A DNA stretch of 64,000 nucleotides from an uncultured Bacteroidaceae bacterium (GTDB lineage Bacteria; Bacteroidota; Bacteroidia; Bacteroidales; Bacteroidaceae), in contig CAJOLR010000007.1 of the NCBI GenBank assembly GCA_905235565.1, forward strand, positions 22,264 through 86,263, given 5' to 3'. The position numbers and the translations under genes were made by a program. Numbering within the stretch: position 1 is the first letter of the stretch; every line of letters begins with the position of its first letter. The notes beneath the pieces are model-generated. The model did no database searches, was not told the origin of the DNA, and worked only from the letters and a program-made list of their open reading frames with translations. Positions 10,109 to 18,600 of this stretch are shown one piece after another.

Positions 10109-10810
10109 ATGGATACTGTTGCTGTAATACTTGCCGCAGGCTCCGGTTCCAGGACCGGCCTTTCCACACCTAAGCAGTTCCTGACTTTGGGTGGAAAGAC
10201 TGTTTTGGAACATTCCGTACAGACTTTTCATAACCACCCGGGTATAGACCAGGTGGTAATAGTAACGGCGACAGAATTCATCGATCGGGTTCAGAGCCTT
10301 GTCAAAGCAAATAACTGGACTAAGGTTACTGCCGTATTGCCCGGTGGAAAGGAACGTTTTGACTCCAGTCTGGCTGCCGTGCGCTATTTTGCAGACAAGC
10401 CTGAGACTGTCATGCTGTTCCATGATGCCGCACGTCCGCTGGTATCGGCAGCAATCATAACAGACACCCTGAAAGCCATGGAAACATATGATGCGGTCGA
10501 TGTGGCTATACCTGCGGTAGATACGATAGTCCAGTGTGACAAAGCCGGAACCCGCATGGAGTCAATCCGGGATCGCAGCCTTTTGTGGCGGATGCAGACC
10601 CCTCAGGGCTTCCGCCAGAAGACAATTGCACAAGCGTACGGGATAGCATTGAAAGATCCGCAATTCACCGCCACCGATGACTGCGGAACAGTTCTGCGTT
10701 ACTTGCCTGACGTCAAGGTAGGAATTGTACGCGGAAATGAACGTAATATCAAGCTGACTTACGCTGACGACCTCGCCTTATTAGAGTTTCTGCTATCAAT
10801 CCGAGGATGA
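10109..10810 (+). CDS. ispD: IspD-family cytidylyltransferase (2-C-methyl-D-erythritol 4-phosphate cytidylyltransferase or a CDP-alditol synthase)
   Basis: N-terminal AAGSGSRTGLSTPKQFLTLGGK motif, 233 aa, C-terminal NIKLTYADDLALLEFLL. Confidence 0.8.
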   Translation: MDTVAVILAAGSGSRTGLSTPKQFLTLGGKTVLEHSVQTFHNHPGIDQVVIVTATEFIDRVQSLVKANNWTKVTAVLPGGKERFDSSLAAVRYFADKPETVMLFHDAARPLVSAAIITDTLKAMETYDAVDVAIPAVDTIVQCDKAGTRMESIRDRSLLWRMQTPQGFRQKTIAQAYGIALKDPQFTATDDCGTVLRYLPDVKVGIVRGNERNIKLTYADDLALLEFLLSIRG

Positions 10811-13190
10811 CAGCATACATAATCACGATAAAGATACTTGCAATGGTGTTTCCCTTTCTGACGCTGTCAGGACGGAATTCCATGCGTATGTCGTGTTTGC
10901 CGGCGGGTATGTTCATGGCGCGTAACAGATAGTTGGCGCGGAATATCTCAGCCGGTTTGCCGTCAATGTATGCCTTCCAGCCATAGGGGTAGAATATCTC
11001 GGAGAATACCACGGTTCCGTCGTCAGGCGAGTCGGATTGGTACGTCAGTACGTCAGGGGCATAGCTGGTCAGTTTGATGGAACTGCCGTCACCGGCCGGT
11101 TTGAAGTTATCCACATACTTTCTGTAATCATCACCCACTATTATGGTGTTGGCCAGATCGGCAGTGCCCAAGGCGTCACACTCTTCTTTTGGAGTGGATG
11201 CAACTGTCAGTGATTTGGCGTACCATGCGTTGCCCAGGGCGGCCGGATTACGCATCGGCGTGGCATTTCCGTCTTCGCCTGAGGTTATGATATACTTTCC
11301 GTTAAGCATGCTTATTACGCCAATGTTGACTTTTGACAGATAGACATCAATGATATCCTGATAGCGGCGCAGTTTGGCGGCGCTGTAGCCTCCCAATGAC
11401 TTAAAGTTATATGATGTACGTGAGTCATTGAATGTGTTTGTGGCCAGGTTGAGAACCCTGAAATGAGGATCTTTGTCAGCCATTATGGCTTTCTCATACG
11501 GCAGTGTGGTAAAGGTGTTGCTGATCTGATTGGGCTGCATGAAGTTGCTGTCATTGAAAAAGCGCTTGTCGACAGGCCACATATCGGCAACAATAAGAAC
11601 TCCCAGAACCGCTGTCATCCACTCTTTCTTAAGTTTATCATTGGCAAACAGCCAGATGGTTCCGGCAGCCAGGGCAATGAAAACGAATGAGCGGAAAGAG
11701 TCACTCCTTAATATTGATGCGCGCTGTGCCACTATAGCGGGAAGTACCCAGTCCTGGATAGACTTGTCATTGGATGATATGAATGAGAACATAGAGCCTC
11801 CGAACAAAGCCAGGATAAGGCAAATACCTCCTGTTATGCCTGCTGCTATGTAGATGCTGCGGTTGATTTCTTTCTTTTCGGTCTTACCGTCCATAATCTC
11901 TTTCACTGCCATGAATCCCAAAAGCGGAACGGTTATTTCGGCCACTATCAGTATGGATGATACGGAACGGAACTTGCTGTACAAAGGGAACCAGTTATAG
12001 AACAGTTCTGTAAGCCACATAAAGTTTTTTCCCCATGAAAGCATGAATGAAAACAGTGTCGCTGCAAGCAGAGCCCACTTATATGGTCCTTTTATAAGCA
12101 TCAGTCCCAGTATGAAGAGGAAACAGACTGCTGCACCGGCATATACCGGGCCGGATGTGAAAGGCTGCTCACCCCAGTAAGTGGGGGCATACCGGCAGAA
12201 ATTCCTGGCATCGGACTTTGACACGCCTTTGGCGGTAAGGCTGCGGTAGAGTTCAGAATCAGTCCCTACATCATAACCTGATGCATTGCCCATGTAACCG
12301 GGAATCAGGAATGTAAGCGATTCGTCTATTCCGTAACTCCATGCGGTGACGTATTCCAGATTCAGTCCTTTTGATGCCTTGGCAGTTTCGTCCGAATTCA
12401 GGTCGGAATGGCCTCCGCGCATGGTCTCCTTTACATACTCACTGTTGGTAAAGATGTTGGAGCATCCGGTTCCGAATCCTATACCTACCGATAAGGCGAA
12501 TATGGCGGTGCCCAGGACCAGGTCCTTGTAACGCTTTTCCCTGATATGTATAAATAGCTCAGCCAGAAAGAGAATGCCGATAAGCATAAACTCATAATAA
12601 GCCATCTGGGGATGAGGGGAGAATCCTGCGGCTGTAAATATCATGGTCAGGGATGCTCCCAAACCGTATCTTTTGTGTTTGAATATATATATGAATCCTG
12701 CTATGACAACCGACATGAGGGCAATTGACCAGGCTTTTGTATGATGACCGGCCGGCTCTATTATATAGTAATATGATGAGAATCCCGCAGCCAACGCGCC
12801 TACGATAGATAGCCATTTATCTACTCCTGTTGACCGGAACAGGATAAAGAAACAGCAGAAATAAAGCATCAGAACCATCGGCAACCTGGTGTTGTGTGAC
12901 GGGTGGAGTAATTTCAGTATAGGCTTCATCAGATTGTTGGACTTGTAATATCCGCCGCCAACCTGGTAATTAGGCATTCCCGCGAACATTGAGCCTGTCC
13001 ACCATGTGTAGTCACCGGTTTCCTCATGAAACTTTGCGGACTCATGAACCACCTCCTTGAACCGCATGTTATCTCCTGCGTATAATTCTTTCCCCTGGAA
13101 TACCGGAGCGCAGTACACACATGCCAGAACGGTGAATATCACGACAGCTGCCGCATAAGGCAGGTATTTCAATAACTTGTTCTTATCCAT
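10749..13190 (-). CDS. YfhO-family polytopic membrane protein (putative extracytoplasmic glycosyltransferase)
   Basis: About 813 aa. The N-terminus (LKYLPYAAAVVIFT...GKELYAGDN...TGDYTWWTGSMFAGMPNYQ) matches my recollection of YfhO proteins. It has many TMs, a large C-terminal soluble domain and a final TM. I placed the start at MDKNKLL (13190). Confidence 0.75.
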   Translation of the reverse strand: MDKNKLLKYLPYAAAVVIFTVLACVYCAPVFQGKELYAGDNMRFKEVVHESAKFHEETGDYTWWTGSMFAGMPNYQVGGGYYKSNNLMKPILKLLHPSHNTRLPMVLMLYFCCFFILFRSTGVDKWLSIVGALAAGFSSYYYIIEPAGHHTKAWSIALMSVVIAGFIYIFKHKRYGLGASLTMIFTAAGFSPHPQMAYYEFMLIGILFLAELFIHIREKRYKDLVLGTAIFALSVGIGFGTGCSNIFTNSEYVKETMRGGHSDLNSDETAKASKGLNLEYVTAWSYGIDESLTFLIPGYMGNASGYDVGTDSELYRSLTAKGVSKSDARNFCRYAPTYWGEQPFTSGPVYAGAAVCFLFILGLMLIKGPYKWALLAATLFSFMLSWGKNFMWLTELFYNWFPLYSKFRSVSSILIVAEITVPLLGFMAVKEIMDGKTEKKEINRSIYIAAGITGGICLILALFGGSMFSFISSNDKSIQDWVLPAIVAQRASILRSDSFRSFVFIALAAGTIWLFANDKLKKEWMTAVLGVLIVADMWPVDKRFFNDSNFMQPNQISNTFTTLPYEKAIMADKDPHFRVLNLATNTFNDSRTSYNFKSLGGYSAAKLRRYQDIIDVYLSKVNIGVISMLNGKYIITSGEDGNATPMRNPAALGNAWYAKSLTVASTPKEECDALGTADLANTIIVGDDYRKYVDNFKPAGDGSSIKLTSYAPDVLTYQSDSPDDGTVVFSEIFYPYGWKAYIDGKPAEIFRANYLLRAMNIPAGKHDIRMEFRPDSVRKGNTIASIFIVIMYAVILGLIAETLIRRGRQRKSA

Positions 13191-13262
13191 AGTAAATAAA
13201 TGTTTCCGGATTGCGAAAGTACTATTTTTATCCCCATTCCCATAATTTGAGACACTTTTTGT

Positions 13263-13270
13263 TACTTTTG
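13263..13270 (+). promoter_or_regulatory. -7 box (TACTTTTG)
   Basis: TAnnTTTG match 26 nt upstream of the ATG at 13296, in the divergent intergenic region. Confidence 0.45.
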
Positions 13271-13295
13271 TGTTATCAATATACAATTCAGAAAC

Positions 13296-14420
13296 ATGAA
13301 GATTGTCATACTTGGAACAGCGTGGCCGTACCGTGGCGGCCTGGCGGTCTACAATGAGCGCATGGCCCGTGAGTTCGCGGCCGAGGGCGATGAGGTGAGC
13401 TTATATACATTCACCTTACAGTATCCTTCATTCCTATTCCCGGGCAAGACCCAGTACTCCTCTGAGCCCTCCCCGCAGGATCTCAGGATAGTGCGCAGCC
13501 TTAACTCTGTCAATCCTTTCAGCTGGCGGAAGACCGGACGTGCCATAAGGGAGTTGCACCCCGATATCCTCATCATCAAGTTCTGGCTGCCGTTCATGGC
13601 CCCCTGTCTGGGTAGGGTGGCACGTATTGTCAAACGCGGAGGCAGGACCAGGGTGGTCTCCATCCTGGACAACATAATACCGCATGAGCACCGCCCGGGC
13701 GACAGGTTGCTGAGCCGTTATTTCAGCCGCTCGGTTGACGGTTTCGTGGCTATGTCCGAATCAGTGCTTGAGGACCTGAATCAGTTTGATACCGTTAAGC
13801 CAAGGGTGTTCTGCCGTCATCCCCTTTATGACAATTTCGGTGCCAAGGCAACCCGTGATGAGGCACTTGAGTTCCTGGGGTTGGATTCCGGACAGCGTTA
13901 TATGCTGTTTTTCGGTCTTATACGTGACTATAAAGGCCTGGACCTGCTGCTCAAGGCGTATGCAGACAGCCGTTTCCGTAAGATGAACGTGCGGCTTATA
14001 GTGGCTGGCGAATTCTACAGCGGCTCGGATAAATACCTTGAGATGCAGAAACAGCTTGGGCTGGATGGCATGGTAGTCTGGAAGAGCGATTTTGTTCCTG
14101 ACAGTGAGGTCCGCTACTACTTTGGGGTTGCCGATATCATAGTACAGCCCTACAAATCCGCCACTCAGAGCGGTGTTACACAGATTGCTTACCATTTTGA
14201 AAAGCCGATGCTGGTAACCGGTGTGGGAGGCCTGGCCGAAATCGTCCCTGACGGCAAGGTAGGGTATGTGGTCCGTCCCGATGAGCACAGCATAGCCGAT
14301 GCACTGGTGGATTTCTTCGGTAACGGCCGTCAGGATGAGTTTACCGAGGGTATACTGGCCGAAAAGAGGCAGTATGCCTGGTCAAACATGACAAGGTCTG
14401 TCAGGAAAGCTGCTGAGTAG
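13296..14420 (+). CDS. glycosyltransferase, GT4-like (GT-B fold)
   Basis: 374 aa. N-terminus MKIVILGTAWPYRGGLAVY and a C-terminal donor-binding region (VADIIVQPYKSATQSGV...GGLAEIV) typical of GT4 enzymes. Confidence 0.8.
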   Translation: MKIVILGTAWPYRGGLAVYNERMAREFAAEGDEVSLYTFTLQYPSFLFPGKTQYSSEPSPQDLRIVRSLNSVNPFSWRKTGRAIRELHPDILIIKFWLPFMAPCLGRVARIVKRGGRTRVVSILDNIIPHEHRPGDRLLSRYFSRSVDGFVAMSESVLEDLNQFDTVKPRVFCRHPLYDNFGAKATRDEALEFLGLDSGQRYMLFFGLIRDYKGLDLLLKAYADSRFRKMNVRLIVAGEFYSGSDKYLEMQKQLGLDGMVVWKSDFVPDSEVRYYFGVADIIVQPYKSATQSGVTQIAYHFEKPMLVTGVGGLAEIVPDGKVGYVVRPDEHSIADALVDFFGNGRQDEFTEGILAEKRQYAWSNMTRSVRKAAE

Positions 14421-14422
14421 GG

Positions 14423-14893
14423 CTATTGCCAGAGCAGGAACCGCATACCGCAGTTTTGGGCAAACTGCCGGTCCGACGGCTGGTCCCCGATCATGACCGA
14501 GCGCTCCATGCTTATGTCAGGAAACTCTTTCATTGCCAATCGGGCCATTCCTGTGTTGGGTTTGCGCATGGGGTCACTGTCATCGGCCGATGTACACAGG
14601 TAGATACGGTCAATCCTTCCGCCGGCCCGTGTTATCTCATCAAGCATACGTGAGTGGATGTCATCCAGCTGTTGCCGTGTCATCAGTCCTCTGCCTACTC
14701 CACGTTGGTTGGTAACAATGAAAATATGTTTGAAAGCCCCCGAGTATCTCCCGATGAAACCGATGAATCCTTCATTGAAACGGAACTCCTCCCAACTCTT
14801 GACATAGTCGCCCGGAAGCCATACGTTTATCACCCCGTCACGGTCCAGGAACAGGGTGTCGCATTCTTGCAGTATTGATTCGGGAATGATCAT
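14423..14893 (-). CDS. gmhB: D-glycero-D-manno-heptose 1,7-bisphosphate phosphatase (HAD-IIIA)
   Basis: DxDxT-type motif LFLDRDGVIN, about 155 aa, HAD motifs TNQ and GDQPSD. It lies in an operon with the other heptose genes. Confidence 0.8.
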   Translation of the reverse strand: MIIPESILQECDTLFLDRDGVINVWLPGDYVKSWEEFRFNEGFIGFIGRYSGAFKHIFIVTNQRGVGRGLMTRQQLDDIHSRMLDEITRAGGRIDRIYLCTSADDSDPMRKPNTGMARLAMKEFPDISMERSVMIGDQPSDRQFAQNCGMRFLLWQ

Positions 14894-15603
14894 ATCTTTA
14901 TGTTTGCCGGAAGGAATGTCTGGGCCGATGCGTAGTCCTGAGGTATGCCGATATCTATGAAACTGCCGTCTGATACATATCCTGACAGGTTCCCCAAAGC
15001 CGATTGGGGTTCCAGGACATCTTTCTCGAAAGAGAATCTGCCTCTCTTGCCGGACATCAGGCCGGCGTTGCAGTCCATACAGTATATACCGCCGTTGATA
15101 AGGCCCTTGTCACAGTAGCGTTTCTCATTGAACGAAAGTATGTGTCCGTCTTGGGCGAGTGTTACCGATCCGTATCTTTCAAAGCGCTCCATAGGCTTGA
15201 GCGCTATGGTAATAGGAGTGGCATCACTCATGCGCTTTGAACACAGGGCGTTCAGGTCAACGTCAAAGAATGTATCACCGTTCAGTATGATGCATTGGGG
15301 AGCAGTAACCTTTGTCAGGGCCAGCATTATGCCGCCGCCTGTACCTGACGGAGTCTCTTCAACAACCCAGTCTATAGGTATTGAGTAGTCTTTCATCGAT
15401 GTCTGCAGCCAACCGGTCACCACTTCTGACAGATATCCCAGTGACAGTACTATCTTGTTGGGACGGAAAGGTTCAATCCAGGCCAGGATCCATTCCAGAA
15501 ACGGACGTCCGGCTACGGGAGCCATACATTTGGGAACGTCACTCACAACAGTACGCAAACGGGTGCCCAAACCTCCTGCAAGGATGATTACATCAAACAT
15601 CAC
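14890..15603 (-). CDS. hddC: D-glycero-alpha-D-manno-heptose 1-phosphate guanylyltransferase-like nucleotidyltransferase
   Basis: NTP-transferase N-terminus IILAGGLGTRLR, 237 aa, with 4-nt overlaps to both neighbouring genes. Confidence 0.7.
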   Translation of the reverse strand: MMFDVIILAGGLGTRLRTVVSDVPKCMAPVAGRPFLEWILAWIEPFRPNKIVLSLGYLSEVVTGWLQTSMKDYSIPIDWVVEETPSGTGGGIMLALTKVTAPQCIILNGDTFFDVDLNALCSKRMSDATPITIALKPMERFERYGSVTLAQDGHILSFNEKRYCDKGLINGGIYCMDCNAGLMSGKRGRFSFEKDVLEPQSALGNLSGYVSDGSFIDIGIPQDYASAQTFLPANIKI

Positions 15604-16181
15604 TTCTTATCTCCAAAAAGGTTCTCCTCTACGATAGCGCAGATGATATGACCTATCAGTATATGCGACTCCTGGATACGGGGCGTGATGTCTGACGGAA
15701 CCTTTATGCAAAGGTCTGCCAGTTCATCCATCCGGCAGGGCTTGCTGCCGGTGAGACCAATTGAGGTGATGCCCTTGGCACGGCAGGCTTTCAGGGCCTC
15801 AATGATGTTGTCCGAGTTTCCTGACGTTGAAATGCCGATGAAAACGTCACCTTTTGTGCCTTGTGCCTCAATCTGACGTGAGAACAGATACTTATATCCT
15901 ATGTCGTTGCCGATGGCGGTCATGACCGATGTATCTGTACTGAGAGAATGCGCCGGAATGCCGGGACGTGCAAAATAGAACTGATTCACCAGTTCACCTG
16001 CCAGATGTTGTGCATCGGCAGCCGAACCCCCGTTTCCTGCCAGCAGGGCACTGTGTCCGTTGCGATAGGCATCGGTCATGATCCGGGCGGCCTCCTCTAT
16101 CTGAGCTATCAGTTGTGGACTGTCCAGAATGGCCTGTTTGGTCGCAATGGATTGGGATATCTCTTCCTTAACGCTTCTCAT
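15600..16181 (-). CDS. gmhA: phosphoheptose (sedoheptulose-7-phosphate) isomerase
   Basis: SIS domain carrying the GmhA signature GNGGSAADAQHLAGELV, 193 aa. Confidence 0.88.
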   Translation of the reverse strand: MRSVKEEISQSIATKQAILDSPQLIAQIEEAARIMTDAYRNGHSALLAGNGGSAADAQHLAGELVNQFYFARPGIPAHSLSTDTSVMTAIGNDIGYKYLFSRQIEAQGTKGDVFIGISTSGNSDNIIEALKACRAKGITSIGLTGSKPCRMDELADLCIKVPSDITPRIQESHILIGHIICAIVEENLFGDKK

Positions 16182-16187
16182 ATAACT

Positions 16188-17216
16188 TTAACCGTAAATT
16201 TTCCAACCATGAGTTCCTCCCTCACTGAACTGGAAACCCACCACCTTGCCGGGCATGCCGTTCAGTGCATTGATAACCAACCTGCGTTTGGCAGGGTCGG
16301 TCATGAATATTATGAATCCGCCGCCACCGGCACCGCTTACCTTTCCTGCTATGGCTCCTGCGGAAGCGGCCACGTCAAAAGCCTCCTGGATCATGGGGTT
16401 GCTTATGGCAGTGGCCATCTTTTTCTTATCCTCCCAAGCCTGTCCCAGAATATGGGCGAACTCTTTCATATTGCCCTCCAACAGGGCTCTCTTCATATCC
16501 ACTGCGCTCTGCCGTATGCGGTGCATGGCCTCGACAGCCTGAGTATTGCCTTTGCTGGTGTTTTTCTGCTGTTCCTCAATGATTGCAGCCGAGGAACGTG
16601 AAGCCCCTGTATAATAGAGCACTATCGATGATTCCAACTCATCAACTATCCAGCGCTTGACACGCAGAGGGTTTACTATCACGTTTCCGTCCGTGAGGAA
16701 CTCCATGAAGTTGAATCCGCCGAAAGCTGCAGCGTACTGATCCTGCTTGCCTCCGCTCAGGGACAGGTCCACGCGCTCAATCAGATAAGCCAGACGGGCA
16801 ATCTCATAATCACCCATAGGCAGGTTGAACCACTCCACAAAGGCCTTGAGTATGCAGACTACCATAGTGGACGAAGAACCCAGTCCGCTGCCTGCGGGAG
16901 CATCCGAGTAGGTCGTTATCCTGCAAGCCTTGGGTCTGATTCCGAAATCCTTTACCACACGGTTGAACACTCCCTTGTGCAGGTCAAGCACTCCGTCAAT
17001 AGGCAGAGAGTCTGACAGGGTATAGGATTTGCTCTGGCCCAGGTCAGTAGCAGTCAGTGTAACCGTATTGTCATCGGTCTCCTCGATGGTGCAGTATGCG
17101 TACAGATTTATGGTGGCATTCAGTATCAGTCCGCCGTACAGGTCACTGTAAGGCGACACGTCGCTTCCACCGCCCGCAAAACCTAAACGCAATGGCGCTT
17201 TGCTTCTTATTATCAT
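16188..17216 (-). CDS. hddA: GHMP-family sugar kinase, D-glycero-alpha-D-manno-heptose 7-phosphate kinase type
   Basis: [18 protein letters not shown]-terminus, GHMP motif [10 protein letters not shown], 342 aa, with context next to gmhA/hddC/gmhB. Confidence 0.7.
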   Translation of the reverse strand: MIIRSKAPLRLGFAGGGSDVSPYSDLYGGLILNATINLYAYCTIEETDDNTVTLTATDLGQSKSYTLSDSLPIDGVLDLHKGVFNRVVKDFGIRPKACRITTYSDAPAGSGLGSSSTMVVCILKAFVEWFNLPMGDYEIARLAYLIERVDLSLSGGKQDQYAAAFGGFNFMEFLTDGNVIVNPLRVKRWIVDELESSIVLYYTGASRSSAAIIEEQQKNTSKGNTQAVEAMHRIRQSAVDMKRALLEGNMKEFAHILGQAWEDKKKMATAISNPMIQEAFDVAASAGAIAGKVSGAGGGGFIIFMTDPAKRRLVINALNGMPGKVVGFQFSEGGTHGWKIYG

Positions 17217-17244
17217 AGCGTTGATTCCAGAATATGCAAAAGTA

Positions 17245-18600
17245 TCATTTTTTTACAAAGGGAACAACCGGTTCGGTGTAGAACCGTATAATCCTTTCTA
17301 CTGATCGTCGGCACACAGGGCAGAACTCCGGACAGGTGTTGGTGTGCATGCGGCAGTCAAACGATCCGCGCCACACTCCCTTGGACATATATCCGCCACC
17401 CTCATATAGGCCAACGGGCGGTAGCTTGGACACGGCCTCGCGCTGTTGCTCATCCATCATGTCGCGCGGGTCATTGACCGGTACGGGAGTGGGCTGGCTG
17501 ACATTGGCCGGAATCATGTCCTTCCATTTGCTGCCGAAATCAACCAATGTTGTCAGGTTAGGCTCCCAGGGCTCAGTCTGAGCGTTGTAGTACTGCTCAT
17601 ACTGGTCGTCATAGTAGTACTCATCGGCCAATCCCCCGAAGCTGTGGCCGAACTCATGAACCACGACAGGGGCAAACTGCGCATGGTGGGCAGTAGTAAG
17701 GGTATAGGAGTTGAAAATGCCACCTCCTCCATAAACATCGGTATTGGCCAGGATTATTATGTGCTCATACGGAACCCCAGCCAGTTTATCATGAAGTTGC
17801 CTTAATCGCAGCGTGGTCAGGTAACGGTCGGAGTAGAATGTGCTGAAATGGGAACTCAGTGCCGTTTCGGTCCAGTGCCCCTCCAGAGGTACGCTCACCG
17901 AACCGTCCTTTGAGGCCAGTTCCACGGCCAGGATATTGAACCGGTCCTGCATCGTCTTGAACGGCTCATGAGAGAGAAGGCTGTTTACGGCAATACCGGC
18001 GTCCTTGTAAAAAAGTTCCATTTCATCGGCAGTATAACCTTCGGGTACAATCACCACATCAATGCATTTTTCAGGACTGCCTCCCTGGTGCAGGTATTTC
18101 CATTTGGGCGGATTCTGGCCTATCCGGCGTATCAATATGTCCTCGGGGTCGATGGTGTGCCTCAAAGATGAAACCACTTTATTGCAGTTATCAGTGAGCT
18201 TAACCTCAACAACCGCTTTAGCGTCAGGCATCGGCAGCAGGAACACGTTCTCGAAACTGCGGTCCACCTGAGTTGCCTCCTCGGTGTTCTGCCACTCCTG
18301 GAACAGGGTGGAAAAAGAGTTTCGGTAGAGTGTGTCGCCGGTCCGGGCATCGGTCATCATTATCTGTCCATTACCCTCAAGATACAATTCCTTAAGGTTG
18401 ACACGCCTGCCTGCCCAACCGTCAATAACATTCAGGTCGTCCAGATAAATCCGGCTCTCCTTACTGTTACCCGAGAAGGTATAGTTTACCCTGAGTGTCT
18501 GATCCTGAGCATTTGCTCCGCAAGCCAATGTCAAAGCCAACGCCAACGTTATCTTATTCCTCGTTCGAAACCAACTCATAGTCCATCTGTTTCTTTTCAA
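17245..18600 (-). CDS. M64-family (IgA-peptidase-like) zinc metallopeptidase, secreted
   Basis: [14 protein letters not shown] zinc-binding motif and a signal peptide ([13 protein letters not shown]). The start is 18600 or 18579, and either overlaps the rnr 3' end. Confidence 0.8.
   Translation of the reverse strand: MKRNRWTMSWFRTRNKITLALALTLACGANAQDQTLRVNYTFSGNSKESRIYLDDLNVIDGWAGRRVNLKELYLEGNGQIMMTDARTGDTLYRNSFSTLFQEWQNTEEATQVDRSFENVFLLPMPDAKAVVEVKLTDNCNKVVSSLRHTIDPEDILIRRIGQNPPKWKYLHQGGSPEKCIDVVIVPEGYTADEMELFYKDAGIAVNSLLSHEPFKTMQDRFNILAVELASKDGSVSVPLEGHWTETALSSHFSTFYSDRYLTTLRLRQLHDKLAGVPYEHIIILANTDVYGGGGIFNSYTLTTAHHAQFAPVVVHEFGHSFGGLADEYYYDDQYEQYYNAQTEPWEPNLTTLVDFGSKWKDMIPANVSQPTPVPVNDPRDMMDEQQREAVSKLPPVGLYEGGGYMSKGVWRGSFDCRMHTNTCPEFCPVCRRSVERIIRFYTEPVVPFVKK

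Noticed and set aside
13191-13286. 32-codon N-terminal extension of the YfhO-family ORF, and the analogous 2411-2467 extension of the methyltransferase
   Set aside because: The extensions run into the divergent promoter region and a -7 box. The conserved-looking N-termini start at the internal Met codons.
15948-16601. 217-aa plus-strand ORF spanning the gmhA/hddA junction, and similar ORFs at 19397-19987 and 20060-20713 inside rnr
   Set aside because: They are antisense to well-supported genes and span gene boundaries, so they are shadow ORFs.
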